Below, one piece after another: positions 29,159 through 38,766 of a stretch of DNA of 64,000 nt. The number at the start of each line of letters is the position of its first letter. Within the stretch, counting starts at the first letter, position 1. Below the pieces are notes generated by a model. That model was not told the origin of the DNA, ran no database searches, and saw nothing but the letters and a program-made list of their open reading frames with translations. The DNA is from an uncultured Nitrospiraceae bacterium (GTDB lineage: Bacteria > Nitrospirota > Nitrospiria > Nitrospirales > Nitrospiraceae): positions 576,001 to 640,000 of the forward strand of contig CAVPLT010000001.1 in NCBI GenBank assembly GCA_963706325.1. Reading direction: 5' to 3'. Made by a program: the position numbers and the translations under genes.

Positions 29159-30108
29159 TGTCCACACCGCTCCGTCTCGGTATCAGCCGCTGTCTTCTCG
29201 GCGCAGAAGTTCGGTTCGATGGAGGCCACAAACGGGACGGGTTTCTGACCGACCTGTTGGGCCGCTACGTCGAATGGGTGCCGGTCTGTCCGGAGGTCGA
29301 GGCAGGGCTCGGCACTCCTCGCGAAGCGATGCGACTGGTCGGCGATCCGCAACAGCCTCGACTGGTTGCGATCAAGAGCGGGAAGGACCATACCCAAGCC
29401 TTGGCGACCACGACGGCGACTCGACTTCCTGAGCTCGAAAGACTGGACCTTTCGGGGTTTGTCTTTAAAAAGGACTCGCCGAGTTGTGGGATGGAACGGG
29501 TGCGTACATACAATGAGCATGGCATGCCGGGCAGGAAGGGAATCGGGCTATTTGCGCAGGCCTATGTCGAGCGGTTTCCGCTGATTCCAGTTGAGGAGGA
29601 AGGGAGGCTATGCGATCCCCTCTTGCGAGAAAATTTTATTGAGCGGGTGTTTTGCTACCGCCGTTGGCAGGACCTGGTTCAACGTGGGATTTCCAGGCAG
29701 GCACTCGTACAGTTCCATACCACTCACAAATATCTGCTCCTCGCTCATAGCGCCCAGCATTATCGCCTGCTCGGGCGCTTGGTGGCGCAGGTGAACGCCT
29801 ATCGCCCCAAGGATCTGACTCTTCGATATGGCGAGCTCTTCATGCAGGCGCTGTCCGTGAAGGCGACGGTGCGTAAACATGTGAATGTGCTTCAGCACAT
29901 CCTGGGGTACTTCAAACCGCGACTCGATGCGCAAGGAAAAGCCGAACTATTGAGTGTGATCGGGGATTATCACCAGGGGCTGACGCCTTTGATCGTTCCT
30001 CTGACCTTGATCAAGCACTACGTGCAGATCTTTGACGTCGACTACATTCGCGAGCAGGTCTATCTGAACCCGCATCCGAAGGAGCTCATGCTCCGGAACC
30101 ATGTGTAG
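29155..30108 (+). CDS. ybgA: DUF523 (TudS-like) plus DUF1722 protein (YbgA/RudS-type)
   Basis: GISRCLLG, VRFDGGHK, VCPEVE, SPSCG, EEEGRL, FH..HKYLLLAHS, HVNVLQHILGY and YLNPHPKEL motifs. ATGA overlap with phrB. Confidence 0.92.
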   Translation: MMSTPLRLGISRCLLGAEVRFDGGHKRDGFLTDLLGRYVEWVPVCPEVEAGLGTPREAMRLVGDPQQPRLVAIKSGKDHTQALATTTATRLPELERLDLSGFVFKKDSPSCGMERVRTYNEHGMPGRKGIGLFAQAYVERFPLIPVEEEGRLCDPLLRENFIERVFCYRRWQDLVQRGISRQALVQFHTTHKYLLLAHSAQHYRLLGRLVAQVNAYRPKDLTLRYGELFMQALSVKATVRKHVNVLQHILGYFKPRLDAQGKAELLSVIGDYHQGLTPLIVPLTLIKHYVQIFDVDYIREQVYLNPHPKELMLRNHV

Positions 30109-30290
30109 AAAGGAACGCCATGCCGCACGTTGTCGTTGAAAAGCCCGTGATGGAGGGCTGTGGTGGTGGGGTTCATCAGAAGGTGTACCTGGCTAGCCGT
30201 CATAGAGACAATCTTCAAGAGTGCTTGGACTTAAGAGGTTCGTGAGAAACGGCACCCAAATTTGAATATCCGAATAGGAGGAGCAGAGAC

Positions 30291-30800
30291 ATGGCAGCTG
30301 AGCGACGAGGTGTCATTCTGGTTGGTCACGGGGGCATTCCCAAGGGTTGCCCTCAAGATGTCGTCACGAAATTGAAACGCCTGGAGGCTCAGCGGCGCGC
30401 CGCCAAGCAACCGCCGTCAGCCGAAGAGATCGAGTTGGATACAAAGATTCGCCAATGGCCGAGGACGCCGGAAACCGATCCCTATCAATCAGGGCTTGAA
30501 GCCGTGGCCGCCCAATTGAAAGCGAACCTGGGAGATGTGCTGTTTGCGGTGGCCTACAATGAGTTTTGCGCCCCGACCTTGGAAGAGTCGGTGGAGCAGC
30601 TTGTTCAAAACGGCGCGACCCACATTACTGTGACCACGACCATGTTTACGCCGGGCGGTTCGCATTCAGAAGTCGAGATACCGGAAATTCTTGATCACCT
30701 TCGGCCACAGTATCCAGGTGTGGAACTCCGCTATGCCTGGCCGTTTGATCTGAACCGGGTCGCGAATACGCTGGCTGAGCAGATCAAGCGATTTGCCTGA
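30291..30800 (+). CDS. cbiX: CbiX/SirB-type class II chelatase (short form)
   Basis: ILVGHG, AYNEFCAPTL and MFTPGGSHSEVEIP carrying the two chelatase His. AGGAGGAG RBS. Confidence 0.8.
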   Translation: MAAERRGVILVGHGGIPKGCPQDVVTKLKRLEAQRRAAKQPPSAEEIELDTKIRQWPRTPETDPYQSGLEAVAAQLKANLGDVLFAVAYNEFCAPTLEESVEQLVQNGATHITVTTTMFTPGGSHSEVEIPEILDHLRPQYPGVELRYAWPFDLNRVANTLAEQIKRFA

Positions 30801-30973
30801 TTGACGGGTCGAATCGGCTCCTGGCTCTGCCTCGGCGGGAACAAATACGGGATCGCGGGGCGTTGCGCATGACTGATTCCATCTGCACCGCGATCTGTGT
30901 AAAATCAGTTTCCATGTTGAAAGTCTTTCCGCCGTAGTGGATAAAAGGAAGTCTCCCAGGAGCCAAACGAATC

Positions 30974-31540
30974 ATGCCGCCAGACGACCTGATTGCTGCG
31001 TTTCACAAGACCCAATCGTTCAAGTGGGATCCCCAGGGCGGGTTTAAACTTGCCTCGGGACTGACCAGTCCGTTTTACGTCGATTGCCGAACCTTGATGG
31101 CGTTTCCGCATGCTCGCCGCTTGGTCGCGCAGTTGGCCTATGAAGAGACCACGGATCTTGACGTCGATTGTCTTGGGGGTCTGGAGATCGGAGCTATCTC
31201 CATTGCCACTAGCATCTCTGATTTTGCTTATTCGGCCGCTCCCCGCCGCGAGTGGCGAACATTTTTTGTGCGCAAGCTGGCGAAAGATCATGGTCTGGGG
31301 CGACTCGTCGAGGGAGTCGTCCAGGCTGGAGATCGCGCATTGATTGTGGATGACGTCTTGACCAGCGGCGGTTCGGTCCTGAAAGCCATCGTGGCGGCCC
31401 GCGAGGCCGGACTACAAGTACGAGACGTGCTGGTGATCGTCGATCGCAAGGAGCAGGATGGCCGAGCACGTATCGAGCAGGAGCAGGTGCGCGTGCGAAG
31501 TCTCCTGACCATAGATGATCTCATGGAAGGCAACAGATGA
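30974..31540 (+). CDS. pyrE: Orotate phosphoribosyltransferase
   Basis: FKLASGLTSPFYVDCR, VRKxxKDHG and PRPP loop IVDDVLTSGGS. Confidence 0.93.
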   Translation: MPPDDLIAAFHKTQSFKWDPQGGFKLASGLTSPFYVDCRTLMAFPHARRLVAQLAYEETTDLDVDCLGGLEIGAISIATSISDFAYSAAPRREWRTFFVRKLAKDHGLGRLVEGVVQAGDRALIVDDVLTSGGSVLKAIVAAREAGLQVRDVLVIVDRKEQDGRARIEQEQVRVRSLLTIDDLMEGNR

Positions 31541-31624
31541 CTATGGCGCAATGTGTATAGGCCGGCGGGCTCAAGCTCATCGAGAGGCGGTGGATGAGGT
31601 GGGCGATTCCGATCCCGACGGATC

Positions 31625-31936
31625 TTACTTGCACTGGAAGTGAATCCCCCAGCGCCGCTCTTCCACTACGTCGCTCGATCCTGCGATAGGACTGGCCTGG
31701 CGTACACGACCTTTTGTTTCCCCTTCACGGACAGTCGTATGCCCCCCCGGGCATTTCTCTTCCATGAGGTGTATCGCTGCTTTTCTGGACGAGGAGAGCA
31801 GGTTGCCCTGCTCGGCTCGATAGGGGTAGACCACCACGCCCCCGTTATCGAAGTCTTTCACTAGGATCGCTCCCTCTCCGCAGCCCCATGCGACCAGCAA
31901 CATGGCCAGGAAACTGCCTCTTGACCACCTTTTCAT
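31625..31936 (-). CDS. Small putative lipoprotein
   Basis: AGGAG RBS, lipobox-like AWGC and a C-terminal Cys. Confidence 0.7.
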   Translation of the reverse strand: MKRWSRGSFLAMLLVAWGCGEGAILVKDFDNGGVVVYPYRAEQGNLLSSSRKAAIHLMEEKCPGGHTTVREGETKGRVRQASPIAGSSDVVEERRWGIHFQCK

Positions 31937-31996
31937 AGGACTCCTATCATAGAGTGTCCGCCGTAAATCTTCCTGTTTTGAGTCAAGGAGGTGACT

Positions 31997-32422
31997 ATGA
32001 GATATCTGACTTTTGTCGCATGCGGCTCAATCCTGTGCGGGCTGCTTATGGTGGGGTCCCAGGAAACATTCGCGCACCATTCCTATGTGTTGAGCGTACA
32101 ACAGTTACGGGCCGGTTTGGTCAAGGCGCCGTCGACGAGTGCCAAAGGCTTCGTACTCGTAGATGTGCGCTCTCCGGAGGAACATGAGTCCGGCATGATT
32201 CCCGGCACCGACATGAACATCGACTTTCGTGAGCTGAAGGCGCGGCACCGAGAGCTTGGCGCGAAATTGGATGACCACATTGTTGTGTACTGCCAGTCTG
32301 GGCACCGCAGCAACATTGCCGCAGAGGCGCTGGCCGATCTTGGCTATACGCATGTGTACAATGTCGTGGGAAGCATGAATGCTTGGACTGAAGCCGGATT
32401 TCCGGTCGCCCCTGCTCGGTAG
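31997..32422 (+). CDS. Secreted rhodanese-like domain protein
   Basis: AAGGAGGT RBS, signal peptide, LVDVRSPEE, IPG, VYCQSGHRS and GSMNAW. Confidence 0.9.
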   Translation: MRYLTFVACGSILCGLLMVGSQETFAHHSYVLSVQQLRAGLVKAPSTSAKGFVLVDVRSPEEHESGMIPGTDMNIDFRELKARHRELGAKLDDHIVVYCQSGHRSNIAAEALADLGYTHVYNVVGSMNAWTEAGFPVAPAR

Positions 32423-32433
32423 GTCAGGAACCC

Positions 32434-33360
32434 TCATCGGTTGCGGGCTGACGGCGAAGTGGATGAGGACGATATGTTTCGCATTCCGATTCGGGGGCTG
32501 ATGCCGATGACGGCAGGAAGGCCGATGTGTACGCCCATGTCGCCTTCCAGGACGCGACGCCACGGGGCTTGGGCTGTGCTGTCCAGTGAGGCATGGAGCA
32601 GGTCAGGACTCGCGATGACATCTGAGGAGGAGCCGCCGTCCATGGCCATGGCCTGCTGAATCGCGGGCATGTGCTGATGCAGGCAATCCGCGAGGTCGTG
32701 GAGTGAGACAATATCGACTGTCTTCATCACGAGAATGGACCCGGTGTTGTCTTCTGCCAAGACGGTTTGATAGGCACGTTTCCCGCTATTCCGTACACGA
32801 AGCTTGCCTGACCGATCGAGCAACATCAGTGACTGCGCTGCCTCCCGATAGCTGGGGGACTCTTCTGCGAATCCCTCAAAAGCGAGATCCAATACCCGGG
32901 CTTTCCGGAGCTTATTGTCGGTTGGTTCGGCTGCGAACAACCCTTGCCAAGAATGATGCTTCTTGCCGCCGAGTGAACGTCCCTCTTTGAGGAGCAACCC
33001 CAAGTAGGAATAGTCCTCGCGAAACAGTCCTGCATTGAAGACCACGTAGGCATCGGTGCGTTGCTGCCACCCGTGAATGGAGGGGGGGGTGTGCAGTCGT
33101 TCATCGCGAAAGTGGTAAACCGAGAACCGAAAGCGTTCCGGGTCAACTTGAAGAATGAGCATGGCCGGGACCTGCGGACATCTATTCGCTGGATTCCACA
33201 ACGCTACCTGCATCCCAGGAGTCAGCCGCTCCCATGATATCTCGCTCACAGCCGCCGAACTTATCTGAGGGTATCCGCCGATATAAAGGGTGGTCAGGCA
33301 AGCGCAGAGGCCAATGAGGCGCTGCGCGAGCCGTGATGATAGTGAACGGTTGGCGAGCAT
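32434..33360 (-). CDS. Phosphodiester glycosidase (NAGPA-like) family secreted protein
   Basis: FNAGLF, AAQS..LL and AMAMDGGSSS motifs. Start chosen at MLANR.. to avoid overlap with the upstream kinase. Confidence 0.75.
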   Translation of the reverse strand: MLANRSLSSRLAQRLIGLCACLTTLYIGGYPQISSAAVSEISWERLTPGMQVALWNPANRCPQVPAMLILQVDPERFRFSVYHFRDERLHTPPSIHGWQQRTDAYVVFNAGLFREDYSYLGLLLKEGRSLGGKKHHSWQGLFAAEPTDNKLRKARVLDLAFEGFAEESPSYREAAQSLMLLDRSGKLRVRNSGKRAYQTVLAEDNTGSILVMKTVDIVSLHDLADCLHQHMPAIQQAMAMDGGSSSDVIASPDLLHASLDSTAQAPWRRVLEGDMGVHIGLPAVIGISPRIGMRNISSSSTSPSARNR

Positions 33361-33487
33361 CAGTAGATGATCCCTTCTCGATCCGACATGGGAGCTGCAC
33401 CAGACACTGTGTGGGCCCTCAGTATAAAAAGGATGCCCTGCGGGGGTCAATTCAGGCGCGAATATACTGTTGGAAAGGCAATGCGCC

Positions 33488-35128
33488 TTACGAGGCTTGC
33501 GCGGATCGTGGAACGGAACCGGATGCCGATGACGGGTGCCGAGAAAGTCCGATTCCCGACGACGACGAATCGAGCAATGCGCGCACGGTGCGCAGCAAGA
33601 GGTCCGGCGAGAACGGCTTCTGTAGAAATGTGGTTCGATGCGGATCCATTCCTCTATTGGCAGAGATATCGTCCAGATAGCCGGACATAAAGAGCACCCG
33701 CAAGTTGGGTTTGATGACAGAAAGATGTTGCGCCAGCTCGCGGCCATTCATGCCCGGCATAACCACGTCGGTCAGCAGCAGATCCACATGGCAAGTGTGT
33801 TGAGTAGCCGTGAGACAGGCCTCGACCCCGTTCCTGGCTTCGAGGACCTGATAGCCAATTTTGGCGAGCTCATTGCGGACAAGCTCACGGACGCTGTTAT
33901 CGTCCTCGACGAGGAGAATCGTTTCCGATCCCTGTCGGACCCCTCCTGATAATTCCGCGGTATTCACCGTCATGGTTTGGGAATTGACGCGCGGAAAGTA
34001 CAGATCGAAGGTGGTGCCGTGTCCGACCTGACTCCACACATCGATACCGCCGCCGCAGCTCGTGACGATCCCGAAGACAGTCGACAGCCCAAGACCGGCG
34101 CCCGTATGCTCTTCCTTGGTGGTAAAAAACGGTTCGAACAAGTGCGAGAGGACGTTTGCATTCATTCCGCATCCGGTGTCGGTCACGGTCCATTTGACAT
34201 ACTTTCCCAGCGGCAGGGGTTGTAGGTGGTGCATCGGCGTGCGTGTGAGTTCGGCCTGTGATGTTTCGATCGCCAATAGACCGCCGTTAGGCATGGCATC
34301 ACGGGCGTTGACGACTAGGTTCATGATGACTTGCTCGAGTTGCCCGGCATCTCCCTTTACGTGGCCGTCGTGTGGATCCAAACGAATGACCAATTGAATG
34401 TCTTCGCCGATGAGGCGCCGGAGCATACTATCTATATTTTTAATGACCGTATTCAACGAGAAGACTTTTGGTTCCAAGGTCTGCTTCCGGCTGAAGGCCA
34501 TGAGTTGCCGAGTCAAGGTCGCGGCTCGCTGCCCGGCTTTCTCCATTTCTTCGATTTTGGCGCGGATCGGATTGCTCGAGGGAAGTTCCCCAAGGAGGGC
34601 GTGGCTGTGGCCCATGATGACCGTCAGCAAATTGTTGAAATCATGGGCCAGGCCTCCGGCGAGGCGGCCGACGGCTTCCATTTTTTGAGCCTGCCGAAAC
34701 TGCTTTTCGCTCATGCGGAGGGCATCTTCTGCCCGTCTGCGTTCGAGTCTTTCGTCGAGATCACGCAGTGTTCGCTTGATTGACGGCACCAGGCGCCCGA
34801 GGCGTTGCTTGAATATATAGTCGGTGGCCCCTTGTTGCATCAGATCGATGGCGAAGTCTTCGCCCTGCTGGCTCGAGACGAACAGGAATGGCATGTCAGG
34901 GTGCAGCGTGCGGGTCAGGGCGAGAGCGGCGGATCCGTCAAATCCCGGGACTGAGGTGTCGGCAAGAATAAAGCTGCTTCCGTCTTGTCGGAGCGCGGCG
35001 AGAAACTCCTCGCGAGTTTGCGTGCGCTTCGATTGACAGAGGATGCCGGCATCTCGCAAGGTCGTAGAGATCAGTTCCGCGTCCGCGGTATTACTCTCGA
35101 GATGGATGAATCGCAGAGGCTCAGTCAT
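33488..35128 (-). CDS. Hybrid histidine kinase (REC-HisKA-HATPase-REC)
   Basis: QAQKMEAVGRLAGGLAHDFNNLL, NLVVNARDAM, DTGCGM, FEPFFTTK, GLGL and C-terminal REC (LLVEDD, TDVVMP, QKP). Confidence 0.94.
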   Translation of the reverse strand: MTEPLRFIHLESNTADAELISTTLRDAGILCQSKRTQTREEFLAALRQDGSSFILADTSVPGFDGSAALALTRTLHPDMPFLFVSSQQGEDFAIDLMQQGATDYIFKQRLGRLVPSIKRTLRDLDERLERRRAEDALRMSEKQFRQAQKMEAVGRLAGGLAHDFNNLLTVIMGHSHALLGELPSSNPIRAKIEEMEKAGQRAATLTRQLMAFSRKQTLEPKVFSLNTVIKNIDSMLRRLIGEDIQLVIRLDPHDGHVKGDAGQLEQVIMNLVVNARDAMPNGGLLAIETSQAELTRTPMHHLQPLPLGKYVKWTVTDTGCGMNANVLSHLFEPFFTTKEEHTGAGLGLSTVFGIVTSCGGGIDVWSQVGHGTTFDLYFPRVNSQTMTVNTAELSGGVRQGSETILLVEDDNSVRELVRNELAKIGYQVLEARNGVEACLTATQHTCHVDLLLTDVVMPGMNGRELAQHLSVIKPNLRVLFMSGYLDDISANRGMDPHRTTFLQKPFSPDLLLRTVRALLDSSSSGIGLSRHPSSASGSVPRSAQAS

Positions 35129-35163
35129 GAGGTCTATTGGAATGAAAATGCCTGAAGAAGGGG

Positions 35164-35631
35164 CTACGTAGCTCGGCCGCCTGAACGGCTTGCTCCTTCA
35201 GGAGGCGGTTCGTTGATCATTCCCCAGAACACACCGAGCTCTTTGACGGCCTTGAGAAACTGGTGAAATTCCACCGGTTTCACCACATAGGCATTGGCCC
35301 CGAGGGCATAACTTTCAACGAGATCTCGCTCTTCGCGCGAGGATGTCAGCATGACCACCGGGATAGGTTTTAAAGCGGCATCACCCTTGATGGTCCGCAG
35401 CACTTCGAGTCCATCGACCTTCGGCATCTTCAAATCGAGAAGGACGACAGCCGGGTTTCCTTGGAGGCGGGTCTTAAAGTGCCCACGGCAATAGAGATAA
35501 TCAAGCACCTCGGCGCCGTCGTGACAGAGAATGACCTTATCGGCGAGATGATGCTCTTCCATGGCCGCCAGGGCCAGTTCGGCATCCCGCGGATTGTCTT
35601 CCGCCAGAAGAATAGGTTTGGAGGAGGTCAT
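35164..35631 (-). CDS. Rcp1-like response regulator
   Basis: ILLAEDNPRD, LLDLKMPKVDG, MLTSS, GANAYVVKP and FW motifs. Confidence 0.93.
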   Translation of the reverse strand: MTSSKPILLAEDNPRDAELALAAMEEHHLADKVILCHDGAEVLDYLYCRGHFKTRLQGNPAVVLLDLKMPKVDGLEVLRTIKGDAALKPIPVVMLTSSREERDLVESYALGANAYVVKPVEFHQFLKAVKELGVFWGMINEPPPEGASRSGGRAT

Positions 35632-37127
35632 GCCGTCCGCCTTGTTAAGGGGAGACTGACGAAAAATGTGGCGCCTTCGCCCAGTGTGCCCTCTGCCCAG
35701 GCTTTTCCGCCGTGGCGGTGAATAATGCGACGGACATTGGCGAGGCCAATGCCGGTGCCTTCGAATTCATCCGCTCGATGGAGTCGCTGAAAGACGCCGA
35801 ACAGTTTATTGGCATAACGCATATCAAATCCTACCCCGTTATCGCGTACAAACACCACTGCTTCTTCCTGACTACCCTGTCGACTGCCGATCTCAATGTT
35901 GGCCTGAGGTCGGGTGCCGGTGAACTTGATGGCGTTGCTGACAAGATTGGCAAAGACCTGCCGTAACATTGCTGCGTCTCCAGTGACCTCAGGGAGCTGA
36001 GCGATTGTCCATGAGATCGCCCGATCTTGCAAGTCATGTCGGAGATCATGCAGCACTGAGGCAATCAATTGGTTGAGATTAACCGTTCCATGTAACATTT
36101 CCTGTCGGCCCATGCGGGAAAAGACCAACAGATCGTCGATCAGTTGCCCCATCCGGGTGGCTGATTCCGAAATCGTCTGCAGATAGCGCTTGGCTTTATC
36201 GTCCAATGAAACGGTTGCAGCTTTGGCCAAAAGCGAGGCATAGCCGTCAATATGGCGTAGCGGGGCGCGCAGATCATGTGAGACGGAGTAACTGAAAGCT
36301 TCCAATTCTTTGTTGGCGGCTTCCAGAAGTTCGCCGCGCCGGTGGAGCTCGTCGGCGACTCGCCGCCGTTCCTTCACGTCATGGCGGATTAAGTAGTAGA
36401 CAGCAGCCAGCAAGACGAACAGCAAAAGGGCGCCAATGGTCAGCAGGATAATGCTGGAGCGAGTTGTCGTGGTGGATTCGACAACGCGTTGCGCAAGCGC
36501 TTTTGTTTCATCCTGTTCCATCTGTATTTCCAGATGTCGCGCGGCATCGAGTTCAGCCTTAGCGACCCCGGCCAAAGCCATCGCTCGTACCGATTCGAAT
36601 CCCGTTTCGTTTCGCCGTTCGACGGCCGCACGTTCCTTTTGGAGTTGCTGTGTGATGAGCGTTTCAAGCTCATGTACTCGTTTTCGTTGCGTGCTACCGA
36701 CCTCGGTGAGGTTCTGCAGGTAGCCGATATATTCGGGCGCCCGCGCGCGCAGGGTGTTGTAAGCAGCCAGATATCCGTTGTCGCCGGTCACCAAGAAGCG
36801 TCGATGACCGCTTTCAGCCTCGTCCATGCTTTCACTGGTTGCGGCCAGAAACTGAATGAACTCGTGGCTCCGCTGATCCTGCCGGCCGTTTCGGATGAGG
36901 ATGGTCATGTTGCGGTATGAGATGGCGGAAATCACCAGAATGCCGGCAAATACGAGCCCAAACCCCGCTAGCACGCGGTGTTCAATCGATCGGTTTTGAA
37001 AGGTGTGCACCCATGGAACGAGGAACGGCACTCGCGCCAGGATGCGCCCGCCCTTAGGTGAGAGAGGAAGCGATGATTTCGCGACGGCGTCGGAGGCCGG
37101 CTGACTGTTCGGTTCGTTCATACCCAT
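35628..37127 (-). CDS. CHASE3 sensor histidine kinase
   Basis: Two TMs flanking a DxxESGxRxFLVTG CHASE3 domain, FSYSVSHDLRAPLR, NLVSNAIKF, DNGVGF, FQRLH and GIGL. Confidence 0.93.
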   Translation of the reverse strand: MGMNEPNSQPASDAVAKSSLPLSPKGGRILARVPFLVPWVHTFQNRSIEHRVLAGFGLVFAGILVISAISYRNMTILIRNGRQDQRSHEFIQFLAATSESMDEAESGHRRFLVTGDNGYLAAYNTLRARAPEYIGYLQNLTEVGSTQRKRVHELETLITQQLQKERAAVERRNETGFESVRAMALAGVAKAELDAARHLEIQMEQDETKALAQRVVESTTTTRSSIILLTIGALLLFVLLAAVYYLIRHDVKERRRVADELHRRGELLEAANKELEAFSYSVSHDLRAPLRHIDGYASLLAKAATVSLDDKAKRYLQTISESATRMGQLIDDLLVFSRMGRQEMLHGTVNLNQLIASVLHDLRHDLQDRAISWTIAQLPEVTGDAAMLRQVFANLVSNAIKFTGTRPQANIEIGSRQGSQEEAVVFVRDNGVGFDMRYANKLFGVFQRLHRADEFEGTGIGLANVRRIIHRHGGKAWAEGTLGEGATFFVSLPLTRRTA

Positions 37128-37269
37128 GAGTGATTCGGGCAGAGTGAATGAGGAGCGTAGGCGTTCCTAAACTGTAGCGTGGCGCGTGGGCGACTGCAAA
37201 CTATTCTAGCAGAGGGTATCGAGATGCGAAGGAATTTGAATGAAACCACGCAGCGAAGCGGAGCCGCTT

Positions 37270-38766
37270 CTATCCTCCGAACGGCATGACGGGAGGAGGG
37301 GCCGAGGCCGAGGGGGCAACAAAATTAGAGAACATGAGCGTGGCAGCCACGGCCCAATCGAGGAACGGTTGCGGGTAAATGCCGATCACGAGCGTCCCGG
37401 CGAGTCCTACATAGATCACCGCTCGCAGGGGACCGGTGGTTTTGATGGGAGATGAATCGAGCGGCTCGCTGATGTACATCTTTTTGACCACGATCAAATA
37501 ATAATACATCGAAATGACGATGTTGATGAGCCCGACGGTGATCAGCGTGTACAAGCCTTCTTTGATGGCCGCGACGAAAATATAGAGCTTCCCGATGAAT
37601 CCGGCGAGCGGAGGCACTCCTGCCAAAGACAGCAGGAACAGCAGCATGGCAAAAGCCAGAAACGGTGAGCGCCGGTTGAGTCCGCTGTAATCCTCGATCT
37701 CGTCGCTACCCACCGCATTGCTAATGGCCATAATCACCGCAAAGGCGCCAAGGTTCGCAAAGAGGTAGGTCAACAGGTAGAACAAAATCGAGTCAGTCCC
37801 CATTTTGGTTCCGGCGGCCAAGCCGATTAGCACATTGCCGACTTGCGCGATACCCGAATAGGCCAAGAGGCGCTTAATGTTCCGCTGGCTGATGGCTACG
37901 ATATTGCCGTACGTCATGGAGAGAATGGACGCCGCGACGATGAGTAATGTCCAAGCTGGTTTAAAGGTCGCCAGCGCAACCAAGAACAAACGCAGCAGAA
38001 GGGCGAAGGCGGCCACTTTGGGGGCGATCGACAAAAAGGCGGTCACGGGGGTTGGGGCACCCTGATAGGTATCGGGAATCCAGGAATGAAACGGAACGGC
38101 GCCGATTTTGAACCCCAAGGCTGCAAAAATGAGGAGGAAACCGATGACGAGTCCGGTAGTCGGAGCCGCCCCGCTCATCTCAGAAAAGACGAGCTTGCCC
38201 GTCTCACCAAAAACCAGGCTGATGCCATAGGCCAGCAGTCCTGCCGCAAAGATGCCCAGAATAAAGAATTTAAGCCCTGCCTCGTTGGAAGCCATATCGT
38301 TCCGCAGGTAGGACACGAGCACATAAAAGCCAAAGGTCGCAAATTCGAGGGTGACAAAGAGAGACAAGAGGTCGTTCGCGGAGGCCATGAACATCATGCC
38401 CAGGGCTGACATGGCGACGAGGAAATAGTATTCGCCACGAAAGAAGGCGAATCGATGCACATAGTCGATCGACAGCAGGATCACCAAGATCGTCGCCAGC
38501 AGAATGAGCACCTTGAAGAAGATGGCCAAACGATCGAGGACGAACATTTTGCCGAACAGGGTGCCGGTCACGCCGGTGACGTCAAACCATGCCAGGCATG
38601 CCAGTGTGATGAGAAGCCCCAGAATAGTGAGGTAGGCCAGCTGCTCTTGCACGATTCGTTTAAAGGAAAAATCCGTGATCAGGATCACGCAGAGCCATGC
38701 AGTGAGAAACAGCTCCGGAAGCAGGAGCAATAGGTCGCTGGCTGAGAGAGTCAGGGAAAACGTCAT
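37270..38766 (-). CDS. nuoN: NADH-quinone oxidoreductase subunit N
   Basis: EAGLKFF, FKIGAVPFHSWIPDTYQGAP, KRLLAYS and AGVPPLAGF motifs. Confidence 0.95.
   Translation of the reverse strand: MTFSLTLSASDLLLLLPELFLTAWLCVILITDFSFKRIVQEQLAYLTILGLLITLACLAWFDVTGVTGTLFGKMFVLDRLAIFFKVLILLATILVILLSIDYVHRFAFFRGEYYFLVAMSALGMMFMASANDLLSLFVTLEFATFGFYVLVSYLRNDMASNEAGLKFFILGIFAAGLLAYGISLVFGETGKLVFSEMSGAAPTTGLVIGFLLIFAALGFKIGAVPFHSWIPDTYQGAPTPVTAFLSIAPKVAAFALLLRLFLVALATFKPAWTLLIVAASILSMTYGNIVAISQRNIKRLLAYSGIAQVGNVLIGLAAGTKMGTDSILFYLLTYLFANLGAFAVIMAISNAVGSDEIEDYSGLNRRSPFLAFAMLLFLLSLAGVPPLAGFIGKLYIFVAAIKEGLYTLITVGLINIVISMYYYLIVVKKMYISEPLDSSPIKTTGPLRAVIYVGLAGTLVIGIYPQPFLDWAVAATLMFSNFVAPSASAPPPVMPFGG

Noticed and set aside
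33361..33747. N-terminal extension of the 437-aa ORF 32434-33747
   Set aside because: It overlaps the hybrid kinase on the same strand and has non-protein-like composition. The signal-like segment begins at Met 33360.
33488..37127. Phytochrome-type light sensing, suggested by the Rcp1-like regulator near the light operon
   Set aside because: The cognate kinase has a periplasmic CHASE3 sensor and no PAS-GAF-PHY module. This triad arrangement is common and is separated from the CarH locus by housekeeping genes.
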